A stretch of DNA of 32,000 bases from Candidatus Saccharimonadota bacterium. GTDB lineage: Bacteria; Patescibacteriota; Saccharimonadia; Saccharimonadales; UBA4665. Shown piece by piece: positions 1 through 7,102 of the stretch (its first letter is position 1; the number at the start of each line of letters is the position of its first letter). A program made the translations under genes and the position numbers. The stretch covers positions 600,001 through 632,000 of the forward strand of contig CP064992.1 in the NCBI GenBank assembly GCA_016699935.1, in the 5' to 3' direction. The notes below the pieces were generated by a model. That model was not told the origin of the DNA. It made no database searches and was given only the letters and a program-made list of their open reading frames with translations.

Positions 1-263
1 GCTACTAATGCTGCGGCGTCTGCTACAGCGCTTGTGCGGTGTCCTAGTGAAGCCGCTAGACTTATGAGCAGCTTATCTCGCTCAAACGACTCCAGGTGTG
101 CCTTGTGTTTTACTATTATTGCGGCAGAGTAGTCAATGCTTTCGTTGGTCGTAAATATCGCATCACAGGCACGACATTTACGCCGACGCCACGTTTGATT
201 CAATCGCTTCTGCGGACGTGAATTTACGACTTCAGTCCTAGATCCACAATAGAGACATACCAT
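1..263 (-). CDS. nrdR: NrdR-type transcriptional repressor, N-terminal ~87 codons (rest of gene lies beyond the left edge)
   Basis: Minus-strand translation from ATG (complement of 261-263) gives MVCLYCGSRTEVVNSRPQKRLNQTWRRRKCRACDAIFTTNESIDYSAAIIVKHKAHLESFERDKLLISL... Two CxxC pairs (zinc ribbon) followed by the start of an ATP-cone is the NrdR pattern. The frame is open to the window edge, so it is missing from the ORF track. Confidence 0.75.
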   Translation of the reverse strand, partial: MVCLYCGSRTEVVNSRPQKRLNQTWRRRKCRACDAIFTTNESIDYSAAIIVKHKAHLESFERDKLLISLAASLGHRTSAVADAAALV

Positions 264-278
264 GTCTATATATTGACA
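263..278. promoter_or_regulatory. 16-bp AT-centred palindrome TGTCTATATATTGACA abutting the nrdR start codon (NrdR-box-like)
   Basis: The two arms TGTC/GACA flank an AT core. The shape resembles published NrdR boxes (acaCwAtATaTwGtgt), but only one copy is seen. Confidence 0.25.
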
Positions 279-297
279 TAGCGCTGGTAAAAAAGCT

Positions 298-327
298 AGT
301 GGATAAACTGATGGAAAGCGTGGATAA
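298..327 (-). promoter_or_regulatory. Two direct DnaA-box-like 9-mers (TTATCCACT at 298-306, TTATCCACG at 319-327, read on the minus strand)
   Basis: Each matches the TTATCCACA consensus at 8 of 9 positions. They lie between a terminator and the nrdR start. Confidence 0.35.
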
Positions 328-328
328 A

Positions 329-361
329 CAAAAAACCCGGCTTTCCTGCGGAAGGCCGGGG
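329..361 (-). terminator. Intrinsic terminator (minus strand)
   Basis: The minus strand reads CCCCGGCCTTCC-GCA-GGAAAGCCGGG followed by TTTTTTG. This is a GC-rich stem with one mismatch plus a U-tract. Confidence 0.65.
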
Positions 362-511
362 CATTGTCTTATGAAGGAAACCGGTACTTATGCTGTCCTT
401 ACCCTGCGTACGCGCGTAACGCGTTTAACGCTCGGGAGTTCTTCATAAAACAACTGGAAGCTCGCAAGTGAGCTTGGTTGTTTCGTACTCAGTGGGAACA
501 CCTCGTTTAAC
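329..511 (-). ncRNA. Candidate ~180-nt structured RNA or nrdR leader, family not recognised
   Basis: It is bounded by a promoter-like element (518-546) and the terminator (329-361). There is no credible ORF. Internal helices include ACAACCAAGCUC-ACUUGC-GAGCUUCCAGUUGU and UUAUGAAG...CUUCAUAA. Confidence 0.3.
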
Positions 512-517
512 GTGGTA

Positions 518-546
518 TAGTCTAGCAAACGAATACTTGCAAGTCA
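518..546 (-). promoter_or_regulatory. Sigma70-like promoter TTGACT-17 nt-TAGACT (minus strand)
   Basis: The -35 complement is at 541-546 and the -10 complement at 518-523, with exactly 17 nt between them. Confidence 0.4.
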
Positions 547-620
547 AGCAAAAACATTGTATACATAAGCACAATAACAGATTGGCACAATGAATTATTG
601 TTCCATATAGCGTCTTTCGC

Positions 621-856
621 TGGTGGGCGTTATCACTAGTGGAATCGGCCTGTTTCATCACGAAAAAGGCCAGCACTGCTGACCTTCTCTCGTGGTGGGC
701 GATATCACTTCGTGGAATCGGCCTGTTTCATCACGAAAAAGGCCAGCTGTGCTGAGCCTCTCTCGTGGTGGGCGATATCACTTCGTGGAATCGGCCTGTT
801 TCATCACGAAAAAGGCCAGCTGTGCTGACCTTCTCTCGTGGTGGGCGATATAGGAT
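621..856. repeat. Tandem repeat of three 72/73-bp units (621-692, 693-765, 766-838) plus an 18-nt partial (839-856). Every unit begins with a copy of the tRNA-Val 3' end.
   Basis: Each unit reads TGGTGGGCGATAT + CACTTCGTGGAATCGGCCTGTTTCATCACGAAAAAGGCCAGCTGTGCTGACCTTCTCTCG. The first 13 nt (18 nt at 839-856) are identical to the complement of the tRNA-Val 3' end at 1013-1030. Copies differ by a few substitutions. Confidence 0.9.
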
Positions 857-982
857 AGCAGGCTGCGCCTTTTTACGGGCAATCTTTCTCAGAACAAGTT
901 CCTGCGAGAGCTTGCCCTCCACCGAACCTTCGTTCGCTAAGCTCACTCTTACGGTTCTCTCCTATTCGTTAGCACCATATAT

Positions 983-1007
983 AAATACCCCAAATGAAGG
1001 GGTATTT
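983..1007 (-). terminator. Hairpin immediately downstream of tRNA-Val
   Basis: AAATACCCC-AAATGAA-GGGGTATTT is a 9-bp stem in an AT-rich context, placed just after the encoded CCA. Confidence 0.45.
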
Positions 1008-1012
1008 ATATA

Positions 1013-1089
1013 TGGTGGGCGATATAGGATTCGAACCTATCACCTCCACAACGTCAATGTGGCGCTCTAGCCAAATGAGCTAATCGCCC
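1013..1089 (-). tRNA. tRNA-Val (anticodon GAC), CCA encoded
   Basis: The reverse complement is GGGCGAT TA GCTC ATTTGGCTA GAGC G CCACA TTGACGT TGTGG AGGTG ATAGG TTCGAAT CCTAT ATCGCCC A CCA. This folds into a full cloverleaf with a canonical T-loop. Confidence 0.92.
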
Positions 1090-1189
1090 AGATGATATCT
1101 GGTGTAATGCATGTAAGCAGCTTGGCAATCTCAATAAAGTGCATTGGCTAAAGCGCCTGGGGTGAGTTGCAAATAACTCGCCACACTTG

Positions 1190-1213
1190 CCTTGCCAAAT
1201 GAGCCTATAGCCC
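1190..1213 (-). other. tRNA 5'-end-like fragment (acceptor and D-arm only) upstream of tRNA-Val
   Basis: The minus strand reads GGGCTATAGGCTCATTTGGCAAGG, compared with GGGCGATTAGCTCATTTGGCTAGAG at the tRNA-Val 5' end. No matching 3' half or T-arm follows. Confidence 0.4.
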
Positions 1214-1251
1214 AGTCGGGACATACGAAATATAACAGATGAGGCGGTGTA

Positions 1252-1285
1252 TTTCAACTGTCATACCGTGGTATGACAGTTGAAA
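1252..1285. repeat. Perfect 15-bp inverted repeat with a 4-nt loop
   Basis: TTTCAACTGTCATAC-CGTG-GTATGACAGTTGAAA. There is no U-tract on either strand. Confidence 0.85.
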
Positions 1286-1300
1286 GTGCGAACCTAGCAG

Positions 1301-1320
1301 CTATACCATTGCTGGTATAG
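1301..1320. repeat. Perfect 8-bp inverted repeat with a 4-nt loop
   Basis: CTATACCA-TTGC-TGGTATAG, located 16 nt after the previous hairpin. Confidence 0.8.
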
Positions 1321-1336
1321 AATCTCATAAATTGGG

Positions 1337-1353
1337 TTATCCACTTATCCACA
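1337..1353 (+). promoter_or_regulatory. Two overlapping DnaA-box motifs (TTATCCACT at 1337-1345, TTATCCACA at 1345-1353)
   Basis: The second 9-mer is a perfect match to the TTATCCACA consensus, and the first matches at 8 of 9 positions. Confidence 0.4.
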
Positions 1354-1456
1354 GGTAACTTTGGAAATAGAACAAAAAAGTACTAGCATAATGCAGCTAG
1401 GCCGTGTATACTAGCGTGTGAGGTGAGGTTTTGCCGAGAGGTTTTACCAAACTAGA

Positions 1457-1499
1457 AAGCGCTTGGATGTCTTTGCGAGAGCATCCAAGCGCTTTTTGT
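1457..1499 (+). terminator. Intrinsic terminator (plus strand)
   Basis: AAGCGCTTGGATG ... CATCCAAGCGCTT followed by TTTGTT. Confidence 0.65.
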
Positions 1500-1504
1500 T
1501 ATAG

Positions 1505-1534
1505 TTGTGATGGATAGTTTATGCGGTGTATACT
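1505..1534 (+). promoter_or_regulatory. Candidate thrS promoter TTGTGA-18 nt-TATACT
   Basis: The hexamers are at 1505-1510 and 1529-1534. The same GTGTATACT string occurs at 1404-1412, in front of the upstream terminator unit. Confidence 0.35.
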
Positions 1535-1669
1535 GGTTGCAAGCGCTGATGTGGACTAACCAGCTACGGAGCTTCGTTGGTGTGGCAACAGAGTACGATA
1601 ACTACAGTTGCAAGAGTAAACGCCCCAGGTGGAACCCCCCACACTTGTACACAGGTGAGGGGCCCGAGG

Positions 1670-1709
1670 CACGCTAGAGTAGACAAATAGTCTAATTGGC
1701 GTGTTTTTT
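1670..1709 (+). terminator. Terminator-like hairpin plus T6 inside the thrS leader (possible attenuator)
   Basis: CACGC-[TAGAC-AAATA-GTCTA]-GCGTG is followed by TTTTTT. It ends 7 nt before the AAGGAGG Shine-Dalgarno sequence (1716-1722). Confidence 0.4.
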
Positions 1710-1729
1710 GTTTATAAGGAGGTTTGAAA

Positions 1730-3592
1730 ATGAGTGATAGTCAAGACAACCTATATGCCATGCGGCATAGTCTGGCGCATATATTGGCGACGGCGGTGCA
1801 AGACCTGTGGCCAGAGGTAAAGCTCGGTGTGGGGCCTGTGGTCGATAATGGATTTTACTACGATATAGACCTCGGGCCAGACGTGAAGCTTAGCGAAGAC
1901 GATTTTCCACGCATAGAGGAAAAGATGCACGAAATCATTAAAAGCGCACAGCCTTTTGAAAGGTTTACTATGCCAGTACTTGAGGCATTGCACTGGGCTC
2001 GGCAGTACGACCAGCCATATAAAGAAGAATTGCTCAATGATTTACAGCGTGAGGGCACAACGCTGGCGAAAGACCTCAATGCTGCACTTATGGGCTTGCC
2101 GGCAGGTATAACGGGCTCAACGGCTCCGCAGGCGGTTACAGAAGTGAGTTTTTATCGCAATGGTGACTTCACTGACCTATGTAGGGGTCCACACGTTGAA
2201 TCGACCGATACAGTTGGTGCGTTTAAGCTCATGCGCGTTGCTGGTGCTTACTGGCGCAGCAAGGAGTCAAACCCGCAAATGCAGCGCGTCTATGGTGTGG
2301 GTTTCGAGACAGAAAAAGAGTTGCGCACCTACCTCGCCATGCTCGAAGAAGCCAAGAAGCGTGACCACCGCAAATTGGGTACAGAACTGGACTTGTTTAC
2401 GTTTTCGGACTTGGTGGGCGCCGGTCTGCCACTGTTTACGCCAAGGGGCACGGTTCTGAGGAAGAACTAGGTAAGTTTACCCAAGAACTTCGTGAAAAGG
2501 CGGGTTTTGTACGTGTCTGGACACCGGTGATTGCCAAAACTGACCTGTGTATAAGGCTAGCGGTCACTGGGACAAGTTTGGCGATGAGCTATTCCTAGTA
2601 AAAAGCCAGGAAACATCTGATGAGTTTGTGCTAAGGCCTATGAATTGCCCACATCATGTGCAGCTTTTTGCCGCGCAACCGCGCAGCTACCGAGATATAC
2701 CAGTGAAATACATGGAAAATGCGGGCGATTACCGAGATGAAAAAACGGGTGAACTCCATGGTCTCAGCCGGGTGCGGTCATTTACCCAAGACGACAGCCA
2801 TGCATTTGTGGCGGACTCCCAAATAAAAACGGTCGCAACAGAGCTTGTTGAAGCATCTCGGGAGATGTACGGTGTGTTTGGGATGGAGCTGAGTTTCCGT
2901 TTGAGTTTTCGAGATGACGGCGAAGGCTACCTCGGCGACCCGGTGCTGTGGGAAAAAGCCCAAGTCCAGATAGAAGAGCTTGCGAAAGAGAATAACCTCG
3001 ATTATTACATTGAAGAAGGCGAAGCGGCATTTTATGGGCCAAAGATAGACTTTATGGCGACCGATGCCATCGGACGCAAATGGCAAGTCGCAACGGTGCA
3101 ACTAGATTTTGTCCAGCCAGAGCGGTTTGGGCTTGAGTATACGGGTGAAGCTGGCACGCCACAGCGGCCAGTGATGATTCATTGTGCATTACTCGGTTCG
3201 ATAGAGCGATTTCTGAGCGTCTACATTGAACATACAGCTGGAAAATTCCCGGTATGGTGCGCACCAGAGCAGATTCGGATATTGAGCGTCAATCAAGAAG
3301 ACTCGACGGTATCCTTTGTAGAAAACTTGCAAGAGCAGGGCAAAGCACTCGGGTTACGAGTGACGACAGATAATAGTAATGAGTCTGTCGGCAAGAAAAT
3401 TCGAGCTGCCGAAATGTGGAAAGTGCCGTATGTAATTGTTGTGGGTGAAAAAGAAGTGGGGGCGGGGAACTGACGCCGCGCATTCGTAAAGACCTAGTTG
3501 TTTCAGAAGAAGTAAAGTCCTACAACAGTGAAGAATTCCTAAAAACAGTCGCCAACGAAGCCAAATCCCGCGTCAGTAAAACAAGTCTGTAG
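1730..3592 (+). CDS. thrS: Threonyl-tRNA synthetase, reading frame broken three times in this assembly
   Basis: ORFs 1724-2470 and 2547-3473, plus tail 3467-3592, carry the ThrRS motifs RHSLAHILA, RPMNCPHH and GPKIDF. Frame switches near 2460, 2548 and 3470 restore a continuous ThrRS (...TPRGTVLR/EELGKFTQELREKAGF...DL/YKASGHWDKF...). AAGGAGG lies 7 nt before the ATG at 1730. Confidence 0.9.
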
Positions 3593-3712
3593 ACTATAAA
3601 ACATATTGTTCGTCTCGAGATTGCTCATTTTTGTTGACAAGCCTCATGCTCAAACTACATGACATCATATATACATATTGATGCGGTAATGCGTATATGC
3701 TATCATGCATGT

Positions 3713-3934
3713 ATGAGAACAACACTTACTTTAGATGATGATGTGTATCTTGCGCTGAAACATCGTGCGGTGGATGCGGGAGTGTCGATGTCGCGATATC
3801 TGGAAGATGCCATTACTACTCAGCTTTTCCCTGATGCTACATCCCGTGAAGAGATTGAGCGACGCATGCGTGAACCGACCGTTCCGTATCAAGAAGTAAT
3901 CGCGCGCTTGAAAGTAAAAGGCAAACTGTCGTAA
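3713..3934 (+). CDS. Ribbon-helix-helix (CopG-like) antitoxin
   Basis: MRTTLTLDDDVYLALKHRAVDAGVSMSRYLEDAI... is a typical RHH N-terminus. The gene ends 10 nt upstream of the RelE-family toxin gene. Confidence 0.65.
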   Translation: MRTTLTLDDDVYLALKHRAVDAGVSMSRYLEDAITTQLFPDATSREEIERRMREPTVPYQEVIARLKVKGKLS

Positions 3935-3944
3935 GATGCGATAG

Positions 3945-4205
3945 ATGTATGGCATAGAGTTTAGCCGTAGTGCCGATAAAGAGCTTAATCGATTGCCTGT
4001 TCTGGTAGTACAGCGTGTCATGAGCGCTATAGAGGGCTTGGCATATAAGCCGCGTCCTTCTGGTGTAAAGAAAATGCATGGTTTTCAGTCGGTATATCGT
4101 ATACGAGTCGGAGATTACAGGGTAATTTATGAAATTAAAGATGGATTTTTTGTAGTACTCATTCTTGAAATAGGACACAGGAAGCATGTCTATAGAGGGT
4201 TTTAG
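3945..4205 (+). CDS. relE: RelE/ParE-family type II toxin
   Basis: 86 aa containing ...KKMHGFQSVYRIRVGDYRVIYEIKDGFFVVLILEIGHRKHVY, the conserved RelE/StbE core. Confidence 0.8.
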   Translation: MYGIEFSRSADKELNRLPVLVVQRVMSAIEGLAYKPRPSGVKKMHGFQSVYRIRVGDYRVIYEIKDGFFVVLILEIGHRKHVYRGF

Positions 4206-4509
4206 CACTAGTTTTCGGGGGCGGGTTGAGGCGGTGGTGGCTGCTATTCCGAAGGGGCGGGTGATGAGCTATGGGCAGATTGCAGCGCTATGCGGTAATG
4301 CACGGGCGGCGCGGATTGTGGGTGGCATAGCGCACTTTGGCGATCCGGGTTTACCTTGGCAGCGCGTGGTCAGTAAGGAGGGAGGGCTGGCGAACGGCTA
4401 CCCAGGTGGCCGCAACGCTCATGCAGAGCACTTGCGCGCCGAAGGTGTGAATGTTTTGCCGGATATGAAAGTAGATGTAGAAAGTTTGCTCTGGTGGCCG
4501 GCACACTAG
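4186..4509 (+). CDS. Alkyltransferase-like (ATL/YbaZ-type) MGMT-family DNA-binding protein
   Basis: IPKGRVMSYGQIAALCG...GLPWQRVV. The MGMT active-site PCHR motif is replaced by PWQR (Cys to Trp), as in ATL proteins. The start overlaps the relE 3' end by 20 nt. Confidence 0.7.
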   Translation: MSIEGFSTSFRGRVEAVVAAIPKGRVMSYGQIAALCGNARAARIVGGIAHFGDPGLPWQRVVSKEGGLANGYPGGRNAHAEHLRAEGVNVLPDMKVDVESLLWWPAH

Positions 4510-4545
4510 TGTATCTGGCAATCGTTAGGTAATATCTAGGAAGGT

Positions 4546-5443
4546 ATGCAGAAGCCAACTACCAACTACCAACTACCAACTACCGAATCGCCGCTCGTGG
4601 TGATTGTTGGCGAGACGGCGAGCGGGAAGTCGGCGCTGGCGATGGAGCTTGCGCGGCAGTTTGAGGGCGAGATACTATGCGCCGACGCTATGACGGTCTA
4701 CACGGGGTTTGATATTGGCACCGCAAAGCCAAGCGCTCGTGACCAGGCGGAAATTACACACCACTTGCTGGACATTGCCGACCCAGCGCAAGGTTTCAAC
4801 GCCGCTCAGTTTAAGCACTTAGCGGAGCGGGCGATTACCGACATTGCAGCTCACGGAAACTACCGATTATGGTCGGTGGCAGCGGGCCTATATGTCGATA
4901 GTCTTTTGTATGATTATCAATTTACTGACTCACCAAACATCGGTGAAAGAGATGTATTAAACACAATGACGCTCGCCGAACTACGCCTGCTAGCTGAGAG
5001 TCGTGGGTTTGATACTACCAGCATAGACTCAGCGAACCCACGGCGACTCATTCGGCTCATAGAAAGCGGAGGCAAGCAGGCGGTCTGTGCGCCTATGCGT
5101 GAAAATACCTGCGTTATTGGACTACGACTAGACAGGGAAAACTTGAACCGCGTGTAAGGCAACGGGTGAGGGAAATGCTCGCAACCGGACTTCAAGAAGA
5201 AGTTAAACGCATGTCAGCTAGGTACGGTTGGGAGGTCGAGTCGATGAGGGTGTGGGCTACCGAGAATGGCGCGATACACTCGCTGGTAGCATATCTCTAG
5301 ACGAAACTATTGAACGAATCGTTCGCTCAACCATGCAGCTCGCAAAGAAACAACGCACATGGTTCAAGCGTAATAATAGTATTCACTGGGTGACTGACCC
5401 CAGTGATGCTGTAGAAATTGTAACAACACTATTGAACAAATAG
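4546..5443 (+). CDS. miaA: tRNA dimethylallyltransferase, frame broken about four times in this assembly
   Basis: It has the P-loop VVIVGETASGKSALA, ...ADAMTVYTGFDIGTAKP, and the C-terminal piece ...QLAKKQRTWFKRN in ORF 5228-5443. The middle part is readable only after shifts near 4858, 4885, 5150 and 5250. Confidence 0.85.
4555..4582 (+). repeat. Heptanucleotide tandem repeat (CCAACTA) x4 inside miaA codons 4-13
   Basis: The four perfect copies occupy 4555-4561, 4562-4568, 4569-4575 and 4576-4582. Confidence 0.95.
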
Positions 5444-5503
5444 CATTTTTGTTCAATCGAAAATCTGCTACACTAAGGGCATTAGTGAGTAAAAGAGGTG
5501 AGC

Positions 5504-6144
5504 ATGGTTGAACAGCTATTCGGTTCAAAAACGCGCGTAAAGCTGCTGCATTTGTTCTACGAAAACCCGAATCGCTCATTCTATGTACGCGAGATCACCC
5601 GTAAGATTGATGAGCAAATTAACTCCGTCCGCCGTGAGCTGGCCAACTTGCTGAACATTGGTATCATCACCAGCGACTCTAGCAACAACAAGGTGTACTA
5701 TGAGGTTAACCAGAAATATGCGTACTACAGTCCGCTGCAAGATATTTTTGGCGGACGTAAGCCAAAGAAGCTTACCAAGAAAGCGGTTCCGCAAGAGGAA
5801 GAAGCAATTGAGACCGCAGAGGTTCAGGTTGCACAAGAACGACCCGAGACCGAAGCGCCTGCCGCCCTGAAACAGCTGGGCAATGTAGAGATTGCTGTGC
5901 TGATGGGTCAGTTCACGCGTGATGAGACCAGCGGTGTAGATGTGCTTGTAGTCGGTAATGTGAACCACAACGCCCTTCAGAAGTATGTAACCGAGCTTGA
6001 AGAGCAAGAAGGAAAGACCTTCGCTACACAGTATTTTCACTTGAAGAGTTCCGATATCGGGCACAGATAAAAGATCGCTTTGTTACCAACGTCTACGCAT
6101 CGAAGAAACAGGTTTTGTTCGACAAGCCAGGTCTACTGGGCTAG
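5504..6144 (+). CDS. Winged-helix (ArsR-like) DNA-binding protein, one frameshift near 6017
   Basis: The N-terminus is VEQLFGSKTRVKLLHLFYENPNRSFYVREITRKIDEQINSVRRELANL. The tail ...LRYTVFSLEEFRYRAQIKDRFVTNVYASKKQVLFDKPGLLG is readable in another frame as far as the TAG at 6142-6144. AGAGGTGA precedes the ATG at 5504. Confidence 0.5.
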
Positions 6145-6209
6145 TTGGCGGATCTCCCTATATACGGTATAGTTAGGGTAGCGAGTTTGATTATAGGAGA
6201 AAAGCGATA

Positions 6210-6836
6210 ATGGATATTCAGTTTTACGGCGCCAACTGCATTGTGATAAGCACGAAGCATGTTCGTTTGGTGTTTGACGATAACCTGGCTGATCTAGGCG
6301 CAAAGTCTATCACTAAGGACGGTGATGTCTGTCTCTTTACGATGCCTCACGCCGAACAGGTTAAGGGCGCGAAGATGACGGTAGATATGGCAGGTGAGTA
6401 TGAGATAAATGGTGTCAACGTGCGAGGTATCCAAACACGTGCCCATATGGATACCGAGCAAGAACGCAACGCTACAATATATAAGGTCACGGCGGGTGAC
6501 GTTCGGATTCTGGTGATAGGACATATTTATCCAAAGTTGAGTGAGTCAAAGCTTGAAGATATTGGGCTTGTAGACGTCATGCTCATACCAGTTGGCGGTA
6601 CCGGATACACACTTGATCCGACTGGTGCTCTTCGACTAGTTAAGGAAGTTGAGCCGAAAATATTTGTCCCAACACATTATGCTGACAAAACATTGCACTA
6701 CGAGGTTCCGCAGCAATCACTTGAGGATGCCCTGAAGGCGTTCGGTATGGAGCCAAAGGAGACAACCACTAAACTACAATTCAAGCCGGCGGATACATCA
6801 GACACGACTCAACTTGTGATTCTTGAAAAAGCTTAG
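6210..6836 (+). CDS. MBL-fold (UPF0173/UlaG-like) hydrolase-like protein
   Basis: The overall pattern is MDIQFYGANCIVI...VIGHIY...MLIPVGGTGYTLDP...PTHY. I do not see the HxHxDH metal motif. Confidence 0.4.
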   Translation: MDIQFYGANCIVISTKHVRLVFDDNLADLGAKSITKDGDVCLFTMPHAEQVKGAKMTVDMAGEYEINGVNVRGIQTRAHMDTEQERNATIYKVTAGDVRILVIGHIYPKLSESKLEDIGLVDVMLIPVGGTGYTLDPTGALRLVKEVEPKIFVPTHYADKTLHYEVPQQSLEDALKAFGMEPKETTTKLQFKPADTSDTTQLVILEKA

Positions 6837-7047
6837 GCCAAGGTATTTAACTCGACTTACGTAAAATCGCACTATCTTAAGGCTCGTCCAGGAGTGATTA
6901 AGAAGCTCCTTTATCTAGAGGAAGTGGATTCGAAAGCTCCATTGATGACTTAAAAAAGGGGCTTATGGTCACTCCCGAGAGAGGCTGGGGTGGTGGGAAT
7001 TCCCGCGTAAATCGAGTTAGTCTGGCAGTCGATTTAGTCGGACAGAA

Positions 7048-7083
7048 ACAAAAAATAGTCGGATTTTCTATCCGACTATTTTG
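7048..7083. terminator. Bidirectional terminator between the hydrolase gene and rpmB
   Basis: ATAGTCGGAT-TTTCT-ATCCGACTAT is flanked by an A-run on the left and a T-run on the right. Confidence 0.7.
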
Positions 7084-7102
7084 ACTATCCGATTTTGTTT
7101 AC

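Noticed and set aside
497-510. 14-nt identity (ACACCTCGTTTAAC) between the candidate RNA region and the 5' coding end of rplT (18385-18398)
   Set aside because: A few exact 14-mer coincidences are expected in 32 kb. The match does not extend, and no functional link (for example an L20 operator) could be supported.
621-856. CRISPR array interpretation of the 72/73-bp periodic repeat
   Set aside because: Whole units are repeated end to end, with no unique spacers between them. Part of each unit is a copy of the tRNA-Val 3' end, and there are no cas genes in the window.
839-1089. tmRNA, because the sequence at 839-856 ends like a tRNA acceptor arm plus CCA
   Set aside because: The acceptor copy is identical to tRNA-Val (G3-C70, not the G3-U70 alanine identity). 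There is no tag reading frame or pseudoknot pattern, and the only matching 5' strand belongs to the intact tRNA-Val itself.
443-1257. Track ORFs 443-676(-), 731-946(-), 765-1070(+) and 1054-1257(-)
   Set aside because: They read through the tandem repeats, the tRNA-Val gene and the tRNA fragment. Their repetitive, low-complexity translations are by-products of the repeats and they lack ribosome-binding sites.
1540-1712. Calling the thrS leader a canonical T-box riboswitch
   Set aside because: Individual T-box-like strings are present, but AGAGTA sits only a few nt from the putative ACT specifier instead of across the Stem I distal region. The GGTGGAACC string is also about 30-35 nt from the terminator stem it should compete with. 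It is reported only as an unresolved attenuator-like leader.
6840-7047. Possible small RNA (tmRNA or SRP RNA) or small ORF in the 260-bp gap after the MBL-fold gene
   Set aside because: A GGATTCGAA string and a GGGGCTTATGG string raised the idea of a tmRNA. However, no T-arm or acceptor pairing, no SRP domain IV motif and no convincing promoter could be found. The 49-codon ORF runs through the terminator. The region is left unassigned.
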